A stretch of DNA of 64,000 nt from NCBI GenBank assembly GCA_024704765.1, contig JAKMXF010000313.1, positions 279,450-343,449 on the forward strand, written 5' to 3'. The translations under genes were made by a program, and so were the position numbers. Under the pieces are notes generated by a model that was not told the DNA's origin, did no database searches, and saw nothing but the letters and a program-made list of their open reading frames with translations. The DNA comes from Oopsacas minuta (taxonomy: Eukaryota > Animalia > Porifera). Shown in pieces: positions 35,528 to 47,025 of the stretch; position 1 is the stretch's first letter; each line of letters starts with the position of its first letter.

Positions 35528-37532
35528 ACTATACTGACGGCCCAGATTCTTTTTTTTGCTCGTTCCGCACGCAATTAAATGTTAATTAATCATTAGTTCA
35601 TTTATACAGTACGCGTAAAGAAATTCTCACTGATATACTCTTACTGGAAGTATAGCCTTTGATTGATCATATTTTGTTTCCTTCATTTGCTACCTAATCT
35701 TAAGTCTCACGATGAAATCTTGAGATTTTCACGAATCTCACGATTTTGAGAGTTCCCAGGTTGAGAGCTCTGGGAAGGAGTGTTCAATTCTTCCATAAAT
35801 TAAAGTTATATTTGCACCATAGATCGAGGTTAGATTCAATGTCACCAAAAGTTTAGCCTAAACATTTTTTGATGAGCTTTATTTTTAGATCATCAAGTTT
35901 TGATTACCCTAGAAATAGCCTATCAATTCCCATACTAACATATTTGGCACTTAGTACTTCTTAGTTTGCCAAAACATGGCAAAATCGTGCAGATATTTTC
36001 GGTAACTATATATTATATATTTGTGTACGTTGTAATGTTATTTTAAATGCAAGTAAAAGTAGGTCAATCGTATATGCACAATTTTTTGATGAATAAATTT
36101 AGTTTAAAGGCCACCAACAACATCTCTGATTTGCACTCGTGCTATCATTTCTACCTCACATTAAATTCTGGAGGACTTGATAATTAATTATTCAATGATT
36201 TAGAAAATGTAAATTTATGGAGTATCAAATTGAATCTCCTTGCATATTATGGATCAAATTCTCAATTCCAATTAATCTATTACAATAAAACTTGATTGCG
36301 CAGGGGCAGCAATAGAGCATATACGTTACGACTGATACGGCGAGCGCCGTGGAGATTTTGGGAATGTTCTATGTACAAATGTATATTGTATCGAATAATA
36401 CGGTACGCGATTTTGATCATTCGTATAAAATATATATGTAATTAATGCCGTCGAATGTTGTGTATTACTGTCCAAGTACACCCTTGTAGATATTCGAAAA
36501 TGATAAAATAATGATGTTTACTTAGTACCTACAGGCAGTTATTTTATTTCTAAGAATTACTGTGCCATAATAAAAATTAAAAGTTTTGCTATTTCATACA
36601 CTCGAGGTACGAAGTGCTGAGTATATTCCGTCGCGTAGCGATCAAAAGTACTAAGAAAATTAGCTGTGCAGACAGCTTAGTCTATTGATTAAATTGGCAC
36701 TATTGTCGCATGCGGATAGAAGTATTTAATATATGAAAAATTTACACAATGCTGATCAAAAATGTCCATGCAAGGCCAAAAGTATGCCAAAGATAAGCCT
36801 TGAGGATCTTCCAGTTTCCTCAATCAATTCTGGACATACAAACATATACAGTTAAAAGTACTTAACTGCCACCTGCTCATAGTGGCCACCTCAAAACAGT
36901 CCCCCCAATCATAGGCGTAGCGTAAGTATGGCAAGGTGGGGCATGTGCCCCACCACTTTTTATACAACTAATCTAATGAGACTTTATATTTACAAATTAG
37001 TTTGGGCACGTAGTATTTCGCAATGGCTGCTCAGATCGAGAAAGACTCGGAGACTGAGATAGCTAGGGACAGTGAAAGCGAAAAGAAGACTCAAAGTACA
37101 AATTTCAAACAGGCATCACTCTTTACATTGTGGGGGGATCCGGGAGAGATTCAGCTTCAAAGGACAGCGAGACAGCCAGTGCCGACTCGCAAGAACCCGT
37201 TGAAGGTATTGATTCACCAGGGGCCGTATTCACTAAGCATACTTAAGTATGTACTTAGTACTTAAGTACTAAGTACATACTTAAACCGTATTCACTAAGA
37301 TTGGTATTCACTAAGATTTAAGCTCATACTTAAGTATGTACTTAAGTACAAAAGTTAAGTAACCTACCGAGGTTGCTTAAGTTATTCAAGCTCTATTTTA
37401 AGTTTCCAAACATATAATATTTATAGATAACATTGATGTAATCACTTCATTCACTCGTTTTCTTTGATTAATTCATACTTTCACTATAAATTTAGATTTT
37501 CTATGATGTAACAATATTACTAAATCGTATAT

Positions 37533-38258
37533 CTAAAGCTGCTGCTGTTGATCTTTTTCTAAAAGTCTCTGCTTTTTATAACGGTAATACTCCCTCTGCT
37601 CTTCAATCAGCTCTAGTTGAGCCGAGAATACTTCCATCTGTTTAAGAAGCACTTCTCGTTGCAGAGGAAGTAAATCAGAGACCGATGTTGACTGTTCGAT
37701 GCTCCTCTTACGCTTACGCCTTCCCTCTGGACGACTATTAACTACAGTAACTTCTGGTCCCTCAAACACTGGCGTTACTTCACTGCTTTCGCTAATCTCG
37801 GTGTGTGAAGGCAATGCTGTTGGGGCCTGAAACATATCAACACTACCACATATTCCAGTGAACGCTGGCGTACTTGAGAATATCTGTGATACTCTCTCCG
37901 TCACAGATGTGGATAATTCCCTATCAGAGCTTAGGATCCGGATGTCTTCATCCTCCACTTCACCAGCTTCATTTGGCCCTCCTCCTGTCCTCCTCGCTTC
38001 CCTTCGACTGGAATCCACACGGGCTTTTGCGGAACCTTTTAGATTGTTCCACTTCTTCTTTATATCTTTCACATCTCGGTTGTTGCCATGGATGGAATTG
38101 ATTTTCCGCATAACATTGTTCCAAAGCCTCGTCTTTTTTTTGTTTATCTCCGCGCACTGACCAGCAGTACCCCTCAATATATCTCCAGCATCCTGGATTG
38201 CCTCAATGAGCGTATACTCCTCCTCCTTTGTCCAATTTACTTTGCGAACTTTGTCCAT
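37533..38258 (-). CDS. Harbinger Myb/SANT DNA-binding protein
   Basis: RKVNWTKEEEYTLI...KTRLWNNVMRKIN...RDVKDIKKKWNNLK...ARRTGGG. Likely start is MDKVRK at 38258. Confidence 0.9.
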   Translation of the reverse strand: MDKVRKVNWTKEEEYTLIEAIQDAGDILRGTAGQCAEINKKKTRLWNNVMRKINSIHGNNRDVKDIKKKWNNLKGSAKARVDSSRREARRTGGGPNEAGEVEDEDIRILSSDRELSTSVTERVSQIFSSTPAFTGICGSVDMFQAPTALPSHTEISESSEVTPVFEGPEVTVVNSRPEGRRKRKRSIEQSTSVSDLLPLQREVLLKQMEVFSAQLELIEEQREYYRYKKQRLLEKDQQQQL

Positions 38259-38524
38259 TCTCTTGCTTTGGAATATCAATAACCTCCACCAATTTATAGT
38301 TTTCATAATGCAACAACTAGCTCCCAATTCAAGTGCGATACTTGATACATCTCACAAGTAAATATCCCAACTTCAAAGACCAACACCCTACTTAGATGTT
38401 TCAGAACTACAAAGACCAACATCCTACTTAGATGTTTCAAAACTACAAAAATCCATATTACCTTATAATCACTTACTGTGCAAAATGTTTACATATCACA
38501 CCACAACATATATGTTATGTGAAT

Positions 38525-39571
38525 TTAGTTGCTAAAATTATGAATAGAAAATTGATCTCTGTAATGCTTTGATGCCAAATGTCCAACAGTTTCCTCAAAG
38601 TCAAGAACATCATCCGGATAGGAATCATCGGAGACTTCATCCTCTAAGAGAGGTTGTTTCCACAGTATTGCTATGTTATGCAATACTGCACAAGCAACTA
38701 TGATGGAACAAACTTTATCAGGACTCATCCTGAGCTCTCCATGAAGACAGTGGAATCTTCTTTTCCATCGCCCAAATGTCTGTTCAACAATAACCCTTGT
38801 CCTCTTATGTGCATAGTTGTAGTTAAATTGGGGAGTGGATATTGGTTGGCGATAAGGAGTGAGTAAATATGGCCTCATCATGTAACCGCTATCTCCTAAT
38901 ATATGCTCCCCTATTGAAAAGGTATTTTCAACATGCATCCCAACACCTGAAATCTTCCAAATTCGTGAATCGTGAACAGACCCAGGAAAACGTGCCAATA
39001 CATCACTAAACATTCCATCTGGTTGGCAAATAGCTTGGACGTTAATTGAGTGGTAAAAATGCCGATTTATATAATCTGCTTCATTTTCTGAGGGTCTTTG
39101 GATTCGTATATGTGTCCCGTCAACTAATCCTACTACGCCTGGAAAGTGAGCAATCTCATAAAACTTGTTTTTGACTTCTACCCTCTTGAGACCAGCAGGC
39201 AAACTAACAAACTGATGGTATATAGCTTGCAAACCCAGAGAAACATCTCGGATATAACGAGAAGCAGAAGCTTGGCTTACGTTTATCCCATCTCCACAAA
39301 TTATCTGGAACGTTCCAGAAGCGAAAAATTGAAGTGCCACACAAACTTGCAAATGAGGGGAAGCAGCATAAGAACGCTCGGTGAAATTCAAATAGTTAGC
39401 TAGCAACTCTGTAATTTTAGATATTGAAACTCTAGAGAAGCGGAAACGTCGAACAAGTTCAACATCATCATAACAATCTAGGGGATCATTGAGATCCCTG
39501 AAAACTCGTTGACGTGCCATTGAGGAAGAGGTTTCTTCTTCTGCGAGAAATAGTGGAATCATCTGTGCCAT
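38525..39571 (-). CDS. Harbinger DDE transposase (HARBI1-like)
   Basis: RRFRF, LQFFASG, VDGTHI, FPGSVHDSRI, LGDSGY and RVIVEQTFGRWKRRF. 348 aa with no stops. Confidence 0.94.
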   Translation of the reverse strand: MAQMIPLFLAEEETSSSMARQRVFRDLNDPLDCYDDVELVRRFRFSRVSISKITELLANYLNFTERSYAASPHLQVCVALQFFASGTFQIICGDGINVSQASASRYIRDVSLGLQAIYHQFVSLPAGLKRVEVKNKFYEIAHFPGVVGLVDGTHIRIQRPSENEADYINRHFYHSINVQAICQPDGMFSDVLARFPGSVHDSRIWKISGVGMHVENTFSIGEHILGDSGYMMRPYLLTPYRQPISTPQFNYNYAHKRTRVIVEQTFGRWKRRFHCLHGELRMSPDKVCSIIVACAVLHNIAILWKQPLLEDEVSDDSYPDDVLDFEETVGHLASKHYRDQFSIHNFSN

Positions 39572-42500
39572 TTGTTTATATTAAAATACTTGAATATTTA
39601 TATATTATATTTGATCATAAATTGATTTAGCAAAACATTCATTAGTGTAACTTGGAATGTATAATTCAGAATGAGAGTATTTAACATTACGTACAAAGTA
39701 ATGCATTCCTTAGTAACACATATGTTATATCATAAGCGTTCGAAGCATTCCTTGCAACATTATTTGTGGAATATTTCATGAACGTAAACCACAATATTAT
39801 CATGAGATCATGCATAAAACATGAAAAGTTTTGAAAATATATTCCTGAATGATTGAAAGTAATTCTGTAAAGCAATCCATCAGAAACTCGAAAATTCATG
39901 AATATAAGTGGTACTTAAGTATATACTTAGTTAAGTACATACTTAAGTACGTACTTAACTCTTAGTGAATACGACTTAAGTACGTACTTAACTAAGTACA
40001 TGCTTAGTACTTAAGTACGTACTTAGTACTTAAGTACTAAGTATGCTTAGTGAATACGGCGGCAGGACAGAACCAAAATTCCGATTCGAGCAAACAACTT
40101 GAACGTATCGTCAGTGATGGTCACAGTGGTGGAGAGTCAGACCCTCTAGATCCAGCCAATGGTCCAATTGCTGCTAATCAATGGGAGGGGCCATATCAAC
40201 CAAACGATGTGTGCTTCCCTAGCAGACAATTGGGAGAGAGTCTGCGAAGTTTCCGATCTGAGTGGTTTGTTGGTCGCCCTTGGTTAGAATACAGTGTAAA
40301 GCTTGACTCTGCCTTTTGCTTTCCATGTCGGCTGTTTGCTGCAAGTCACCCAGGGTGTGGAGAGCCAGCATTTACGCACACAGGGTTTCGCTTCTGGAAG
40401 AATGCAACTGAGAGATTCAGAAATCATAATGGTACAATTGTGCATCATTCTGCAATGACTGCCTGGACTTTAGCCAAGACACAGAAAAACTCCATTGCTT
40501 CTCAGCTTAGTTTATCACACAAGGCACAGGTTGAGAAGAATCGTGCACACCTACGAACTATTTCTGAGACTATTCTTTTTCTTGGGAAGCAGAACATTCC
40601 ATTACGGGGTCATGATGAGGCAGAGTCATCGATTAACCGTGGCAATTTTCTCGAAATTCTGGCATTACGAGCTAAGGATAATAAAGACCTACTTGGTTCC
40701 CTTTTTTCGCACCGAATCAAATATACCAGTCCTCAGATTCAAAACGAACTGATTTCTATCATTGGGCGTTTGATTCAAGAACAAATTGTGAAAGAAGTAC
40801 ATGACAGCCAATACTTTGCAGTGATGGTAGATGAAACTATGGACATTGCCAAAATTGAACAGGCTGCCGTTTGCGTACGCTACCTTTCTATAAAAGGTAG
40901 CAACGCTATTATACAAGAACGTTTTTTGGGATTCTGGAAATGTGCCAGCACAACTGGTGAAGCATTGTATAATCTCCTGAAGTCTGTCTTATGTGAGCTA
41001 ACTCTGTGCCTTCATAATGTGCGAGCTCAGTGTTACGATGGAGCAGCAAACATGCGAGGGAAATATTCTGGACTTGCTTCAAGGGTACAAGAGGAAGAAC
41101 ATCGAGCGTTATATATACACTGTCATGCTCACCAATTAAATCTTGTTCTTTGCGAAGCTTGCATGAACATCAGAGAAGTCAGAAATGCCTTGGGTACTGT
41201 CTCCACACTATATAGTTTTATTGAGGGTTCTGCAAAGCGTCATCATCTGTTTCATGAAATACAAGAAAAGTTGGGAATTAGTCGATCAGTTACATTGAAA
41301 GCACTGTGCGAAACACGTTGGTCATGTCGTTACAGGGCTATACATGCAGTGAAGCTAACATACTCTGCCATTCTCCAATCTTTAGAAGACATTGCTGAGC
41401 ATCATGCTGCCAAGTCAGGTGCTGATGCTGCATCTCTTTTGAGACACATTTCAACCTTCGATTTCTTAATCATGATTGAGATTTTGGACTACCTATTTGC
41501 AATTACTGATTCCTTTTCTCGTGAACTGCAGTCTCAAAATCTTGACATATCTTCTTTACAAGGGAAAATACAAAGTGTAATAGACTCTCTAACTTGTATC
41601 AGAAATGGGGACTTCTTCCACCATCTTTGGAGTAGTGCAGAAAAACTTGCTGAGGACCACCAACTAGACCCACCATCAGAGCCTCGAAGGCGGAAAGTTC
41701 CCAGATGCTTTGACGATGGATCACAAAATCATGATTACTCGTCTGCTGAGGACCGTTATCGGACAGCTGTCTTCTATGCTACAATTGATATCCTCTTATC
41801 AGAACTGAAAGAACGCTTTGCAGAGAATGATTATGAAATATTGCGTAATATTAATGAAGTGCTACTGAAATGGCAGCCAAATTCACACCTCATACAGAAA
41901 TTGTCTGAGTTTTACGACTTTGATAGTCATCAACTGGAGTGTGAAATGAGAGTTTTCTATTCATACGTAAAAAATAATATTATTAAAGACACCCCGAGTG
42001 TTCTAGATCTGGCTCAGCTATTCGTGGATAAGAACCTGAATGTGATGTTTCCCCTAGTATGGAAACTGATCCTAATAGCTGCATGCATACCTGTATCCAC
42101 AGCATCTCCAGAGCGGTCATTTTCTGCATTGAGGAGACTAAAAACATACCTTCGGAGTACAATTGGGCGGGCAACAGCGATTGAGTGGATTGGCTTTAAT
42201 GAACATTGAGGCTGAGGTAGCCAGAAGTTTGGAAACAGAACTTGACTTGATTGTGGACAAGTTTGCTTCTTCAAGTCAGCGGCGCTCTGAATTTTATTGA
42301 TATTGTTTTAGTACATAATTATATAGCATAGATTCATGTATACGATTAGTTGTGTTAATTAGAGTTTCGCAATGGAATATCCCTGAGCGGCTGAGCTTCC
42401 CTGTTTTGCGCGCGGGATGGGGAAACTCCCCTTGTATGTGCCCCACCACTCACTTGGTCCTAGCTACGCCTATGCCCCCAATTTTCCATTATATTGACCT

Positions 42501-44256
42501 CTGCATACCGGCAACCATTATTGGTCCCTTACTGGCTCTTAGCCTCTCTAAAACGGTCACTACCTCTACATAGCGGTCACCTCCCCATAAAGTCCATCTT
42601 TGAAAGTCTCTTGGTTGCCACCATTAACTACTTCCACTGTATTATCTTATATACTAGTCACCTGTCTTATTTGCCACCTCCTCTACATAACGGCCATTAA
42701 ATTTAAATTATTTAACTACACCTTTCTATAATGTTTATAATCATAAAAACCACCTGTACATAACGGCCACTTTTGGTCAATCCATTCTGTGGCCGTTATA
42801 GGGAAGTTTGACTGTATATACGTATACATATATACATTCACATAAATAGTTTAATAGCGTTTTGATAGCAGGACCCTTTCAAGCTAATAACAACCGGTCC
42901 GGCCATCTAATATAACAGAACCATTTCTGCCGCTCATCAGTAATAGAACAAACATTGTTATTACAAAAAAACTGTCTATGGCTACGGCCATGAATAATGC
43001 ACACATATCTTGAAACCATAAGGTCTAATTTGCATTTATTTGAAGCTTAGTAGTTATTCAAAAATGAGACAACAAACCTGGCCATCTTCTATTTTGGCCT
43101 TCTTAGGGGGATACATAGCTGTACATTGAGTAGGCCATGGTGCGTAGAGTCAAGAGCATTAAAGGAGCGGGACTTGGAGGGCGCTCCATTTATGATCCGG
43201 GGGCGGAAGGTGGAGCAGTGCTCCATTCTTGAAGGAGCACACAACTTGAGCCTGCTCTTGTTTAATTGCAAACATTTTAAAATTTCATCGTTTTTCTGCA
43301 TAAAATTCAGTATTCTTGCTATATAATTCACAATTTATTGAAATGGTTTGACGTTGCACATTTAACAATTTTACGAATGTACGATGGTTAAATTCAATCC
43401 TGATTACTTAAATACAAATCTAATGTAAATCTGAAAGATTGAAATGGAGCCGAATTCTACTGTACTATTTAAATTGGGTTGCCAGATTTTCAAAAGTCAA
43501 AACCGTACAAATTACGTTCCGACAATCTCTGGTGTATTTTTGGGGTGAGAGCCTTAGGGGCCTAGAGTGCGGATATATACATATCTCTTTTTCCGGGATG
43601 TTTTTCCCATGGCGTAAGCATTACAATTTACAAAAGGGCTAACACTCACTTCTAATATAAATGTCGAGGGGGATTACAATTCCTCCTTCCCTGCACAACA
43701 TAGCTACATGCTCGATTGCGCTTAACTAGCCATTGCAACGAAATATATAGCATCCATGGGTGCAACTATGGCCATTTTGGGTGGGCACGCGCTCACCCTG
43801 GAACTTGTATTCCCACCCAGATTTGATTCCACATTAATAGAAAAAGTATAGGGTGGCGGGTATTCATGACATGATCTTTGCCCACCCAGACTCATATGAG
43901 TCTAGTTACGACATTATAGCATCATTTGTATTTATAAGACCAAAGGTGTGGAGACATGATTATTTGGACGGACAAATACAGCACATCGTCCATGCTATTA
44001 TGGCATATACGAGCTGCTAGCTGCACTACAAACAGCGTGGAAGCAATTCTACCATCTCCAGGATAATTGCGCGTTCTGTTACAATGTATACGATAATACA
44101 ATTATGAATTTTGATACTGCTAGAACATTCCAATCTATAACAATTCATACCCTTTTCGGTATAATTATGTAATACGTATATTCGTATATCAACTTAATGT
44201 ATAGATTGAGTATATATCATATGTAGTAGTATATTATTAAAATATTCATCGTTGAC

Positions 44257-47025
44257 TTAAAATTCTCTTTTCTTAGCTGATGATTTAACATACATCATGA
44301 GTAGCTTCTCTTCGGAGGGAGATAATTCGGTGAGATAGGAGTCTAGCTGTGATCCTAGAGAGTTGTACAGCCCTACTAGGCAAGGAAGAGCTGCGTTCTG
44401 TATACCTAACCGCTGTTGGTATGCGGAGACGAGATCAGGAGCAAAATGAGGAACTTGTAGGGTTAGGACATGTGGTGGGGTGTGAGGGATTAGCTTACAT
44501 AGGAGTTTTAATGGAGTCAGATAGTTAATAGTAACATTAGAGAGATGACCAGTTAAGATGGTAAGCATGAGAGATATATCTAGAGACTGGGATAGAATGA
44601 TGAATAGGTCTTCTAATTTGTTACGTGTTGTGTGAGAGCTGTTACCGTGTGATATTATTAATAGTTTGGTAACTGGTTCGGTTTCTTTAACTACAATAGA
44701 AGGAAACAGCTGTGAAATTAAGTAGATAGTGTGTATACTCACTAGGGCCTTGTCTGTAAATTGTGCGGAGAAAGAGATAAGTTCTCTGACAGCTGTTGAT
44801 AGAGGTATAAATAGCAATTGAACGTTAGTAGAAATAGGAACAAAGTTGTAAGATTTAAGGTTTTCTCTTAGTTCATTCATTGAATTCGTTCTTTCTTCCA
44901 CGCCCTGAGCTGATAAGAATGAGTTGAGAAGTACTTCGAGAGATTGAGACGCTGGAGAGTGTAACTCTCCCTCTGAATATTCTAGAGATGTACAACTTAC
45001 TGTTTGAATGTCATGACAGCTGTGATTGGTGACAGGAGGTATAATGACAGGAAGAGAGGTAGATTGGAGATTAGAGGGAGAGGAATCAATAAAGGTAGAA
45101 GAACTGTTGTTATTTTCATGATAATTTGAGTATTCTTGTTCTGAAGACAAGTTTAATTCAGGATTTTCATAGAATTTTGGTACAATTTTAGCGCTTTGAA
45201 TAATTCCAAAATTAACAGAATTGTTTGGAGAAATAATTGATGAATCTCTTTCCATACTAAAGTCAAGACATACTTTAGACCGGCGCTGTACCTTGTTGGG
45301 AGTAGTAGCTAATTTTATTCGTGAGGATTCCATTACTTCAGTTTCATAGGTAACCTCTTTAGGTCTCTCAGAAGATTTATTATGCATCTGAGAGTTTGAA
45401 TAATAAACTCCTGGAGTAGAGAGAGTATTAGATGGAGAAGATTTGTATCTAGGTATCCTACTAGGAGGTAAAACTGAAGAGATCAGGTTGCTGCCACAGT
45501 AACTACTATACGGTCTGTTTGATATTGAAATGTTATTTTTTACAAATAGAGGAGAATAATATAATCTATCTTTAATATTATCGAGAGGTGAGGAATTCAG
45601 AGAGCGATGCTTTGAGGAAAAGCGCGAAATCTCCGAGTAAGATAAACGTGGGCTTTGATTAATACTGACTGGGATTCTACTGCGAGGGCGTAACGACTTG
45701 GTCAAGCCACTCAATTCCATTGTCTGAGATATAGATAAGCTATTCATAGAGCCGTCTAGGTTATTTGGAAGAATTGGATAAGAGAGAGAATCTTGTAAAT
45801 TCTGTGATATTGGTATTGACTCTGAAACAGAATCAAAATTTGATGTGTAAGTGAGTGATGGAGGGTCTGAAAGTGGAATGGGAGGAGGAGGAGGAGAGGT
45901 AGTAACAGGCGGTGGGGTACAGGATGGAGGAGGCTGTAAGAGTGGAAAACCAGAGGGTGATGTCTCAATTTCGTTTGTTTGGTTTATTGAATATAAGTTA
46001 AGAGAATGAGTGAGCTTTGAATCTGTTGGTTCCTTCGAAGAGCTAGAGAGAGAAAACGATTTAGAGAGCTGCTCGTCAGAAGAAGTCTCCTCAGAATCAG
46101 AAGGGAAGTATAATATTTCTGACAAATTAATGTTATCTCTTAAATTTTTGTCATTCTGTACACACCCCCGCAAGTCCTCGTGAGGAGGGGTATGGAAGGT
46201 GTTACGAGGCGAGAGATTCTCATTCTCTATCACCTTTGCCCAATGTCTACGGATACTGCGTGTCAGGTTTGCTTCTAACTTGGATGGCATTCTGGTAATA
46301 AACTTATTGAAGGTAGTGGGATTAAGGTCGAATAGAACATACAGCAGGTCTTGGATCTTAAGACGCATAGAGGTGTTTTTAGTGTTGAGGTCTGTAGCTA
46401 GGATAAATAAGCAATTTTGGAGGTCAATGTGGTCGAAAAAATCTTCTGGGTGCAGCAAGGGTAGGAGTTCGCTAAAATAATCAAGAGCTGCTAGTTTGGA
46501 TTTTGGCTCGAATCCATCGTCTCTGGAAATAATCCTTGCTGTAATTCTAAACAAGAATCCAGGCACGTAGCACTGCTGAAGAGAAGAAAGAGTTCCTTTT
46601 ATCAGAGATTGTAATGATGCGAGCAATTCTGATCCCAACCTTCCCAAGAGTCTACGCACAACTGTCTCTATCCACCCTTCTAAATACGCACACTTGAGTT
46701 GAATAAAATCATGTAAAACCTCAATGAATACTCTGTATAGCTTAGAATTGTGTTCATGAAAAAAACGTTTGAGTGTATTACGAATTAAAATTACGTCATT
46801 CTCAGTCAGGCTTGTGTCACCACGCCGCATGTAAATGAGTAAGTTGCAGAGGCCTGCTCGTCGCTCATTAAGGTTGGCATCACGACAATGTTCTAAACTC
46901 TTATGTAGATCTTTAGTTTTCAGTTTTTGTACAACCTCTAGAGCGATTGGAGAATACTCCCCATATAATACTGGCTGGTGACGTGGCTTGATGTTAGGGC
47001 TAGGGGGACGTAATGCTTGTGCCAT
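44257..47025 (-). CDS. CLASP: CLASP-like protein (TOG3-like domain, Ser/Pro-rich linker, C-terminal CLIP-ID); lacks TOG1/TOG2
   Basis: NERRAGLCNLL, RFFHEHNSKLYRVFIEVLHDFI and LLGRLGSELLASLQ resemble CLASP TOG3. The C-terminal CLVGLYNSLGSQLDSYLTELSPSEEKLLMMYVK resembles the CLASP tail. Confidence 0.72.
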   Translation of the reverse strand: MAQALRPPSPNIKPRHQPVLYGEYSPIALEVVQKLKTKDLHKSLEHCRDANLNERRAGLCNLLIYMRRGDTSLTENDVILIRNTLKRFFHEHNSKLYRVFIEVLHDFIQLKCAYLEGWIETVVRRLLGRLGSELLASLQSLIKGTLSSLQQCYVPGFLFRITARIISRDDGFEPKSKLAALDYFSELLPLLHPEDFFDHIDLQNCLFILATDLNTKNTSMRLKIQDLLYVLFDLNPTTFNKFITRMPSKLEANLTRSIRRHWAKVIENENLSPRNTFHTPPHEDLRGCVQNDKNLRDNINLSEILYFPSDSEETSSDEQLSKSFSLSSSSKEPTDSKLTHSLNLYSINQTNEIETSPSGFPLLQPPPSCTPPPVTTSPPPPPIPLSDPPSLTYTSNFDSVSESIPISQNLQDSLSYPILPNNLDGSMNSLSISQTMELSGLTKSLRPRSRIPVSINQSPRLSYSEISRFSSKHRSLNSSPLDNIKDRLYYSPLFVKNNISISNRPYSSYCGSNLISSVLPPSRIPRYKSSPSNTLSTPGVYYSNSQMHNKSSERPKEVTYETEVMESSRIKLATTPNKVQRRSKVCLDFSMERDSSIISPNNSVNFGIIQSAKIVPKFYENPELNLSSEQEYSNYHENNNSSSTFIDSSPSNLQSTSLPVIIPPVTNHSCHDIQTVSCTSLEYSEGELHSPASQSLEVLLNSFLSAQGVEERTNSMNELRENLKSYNFVPISTNVQLLFIPLSTAVRELISFSAQFTDKALVSIHTIYLISQLFPSIVVKETEPVTKLLIISHGNSSHTTRNKLEDLFIILSQSLDISLMLTILTGHLSNVTINYLTPLKLLCKLIPHTPPHVLTLQVPHFAPDLVSAYQQRLGIQNAALPCLVGLYNSLGSQLDSYLTELSPSEEKLLMMYVKSSAKKREF

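Larger units (their letters stand above)
37221..40062 (-). mobile_element. PIF/Harbinger transposon, apparently intact
   Basis: TIR core GCCGTATTCACTAAGCATACTTA at both ends. 3-bp TSD CAG (37218-37220 and 40063-40065). Dense TACTTAAGTA subterminal arrays. Two open ORFs. Confidence 0.92.
37023..42300 (+). pseudogene. hAT transposase, disrupted (5' part 37023-37220, 3' part 40066-42300)
   Basis: TTF zinc finger (WLEYS..FCFPC), LRGHDE, VDETMD, CYDGA, HCHAH, TRW and SPERSFS motifs. Lesions: a frameshift in the G6 run at 37132-37137, the Harbinger insertion, and a GGGC duplication at 42165-42172 whose removal restores TIGQQRLSGLALMNIE...RRSEFY* (stop at 42298-42300). Confidence 0.88.
36910..42474 (+). 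mobile_element. hAT transposon (ZMYM1/DUF4371 type), interrupted by a Harbinger
   Basis: 12-bp TIR CATAGGCGTAGC / GCTACGCCTATG. Perfect 8-bp TSD CCCCCAAT (36902-36909 and 42475-42482). Confidence 0.92.
36849..42814. mobile_element. Tc1/mariner(pogo)-type MITE (about 390 bp) split by the hAT insertion
   Basis: TA|CAGTTAAAA... and ...TTTGACTG|TA termini, TA TSD, and repeated GGCCAC/ATAACGGCCA/CCACCT subterminal motifs on both sides of the hAT. Confidence 0.65.

Noticed and set aside
37023-37265. Independent 80-aa gene
   Set aside because: It is the hAT transposase N-terminus, out of frame after the G run, reading into the Harbinger TIR.
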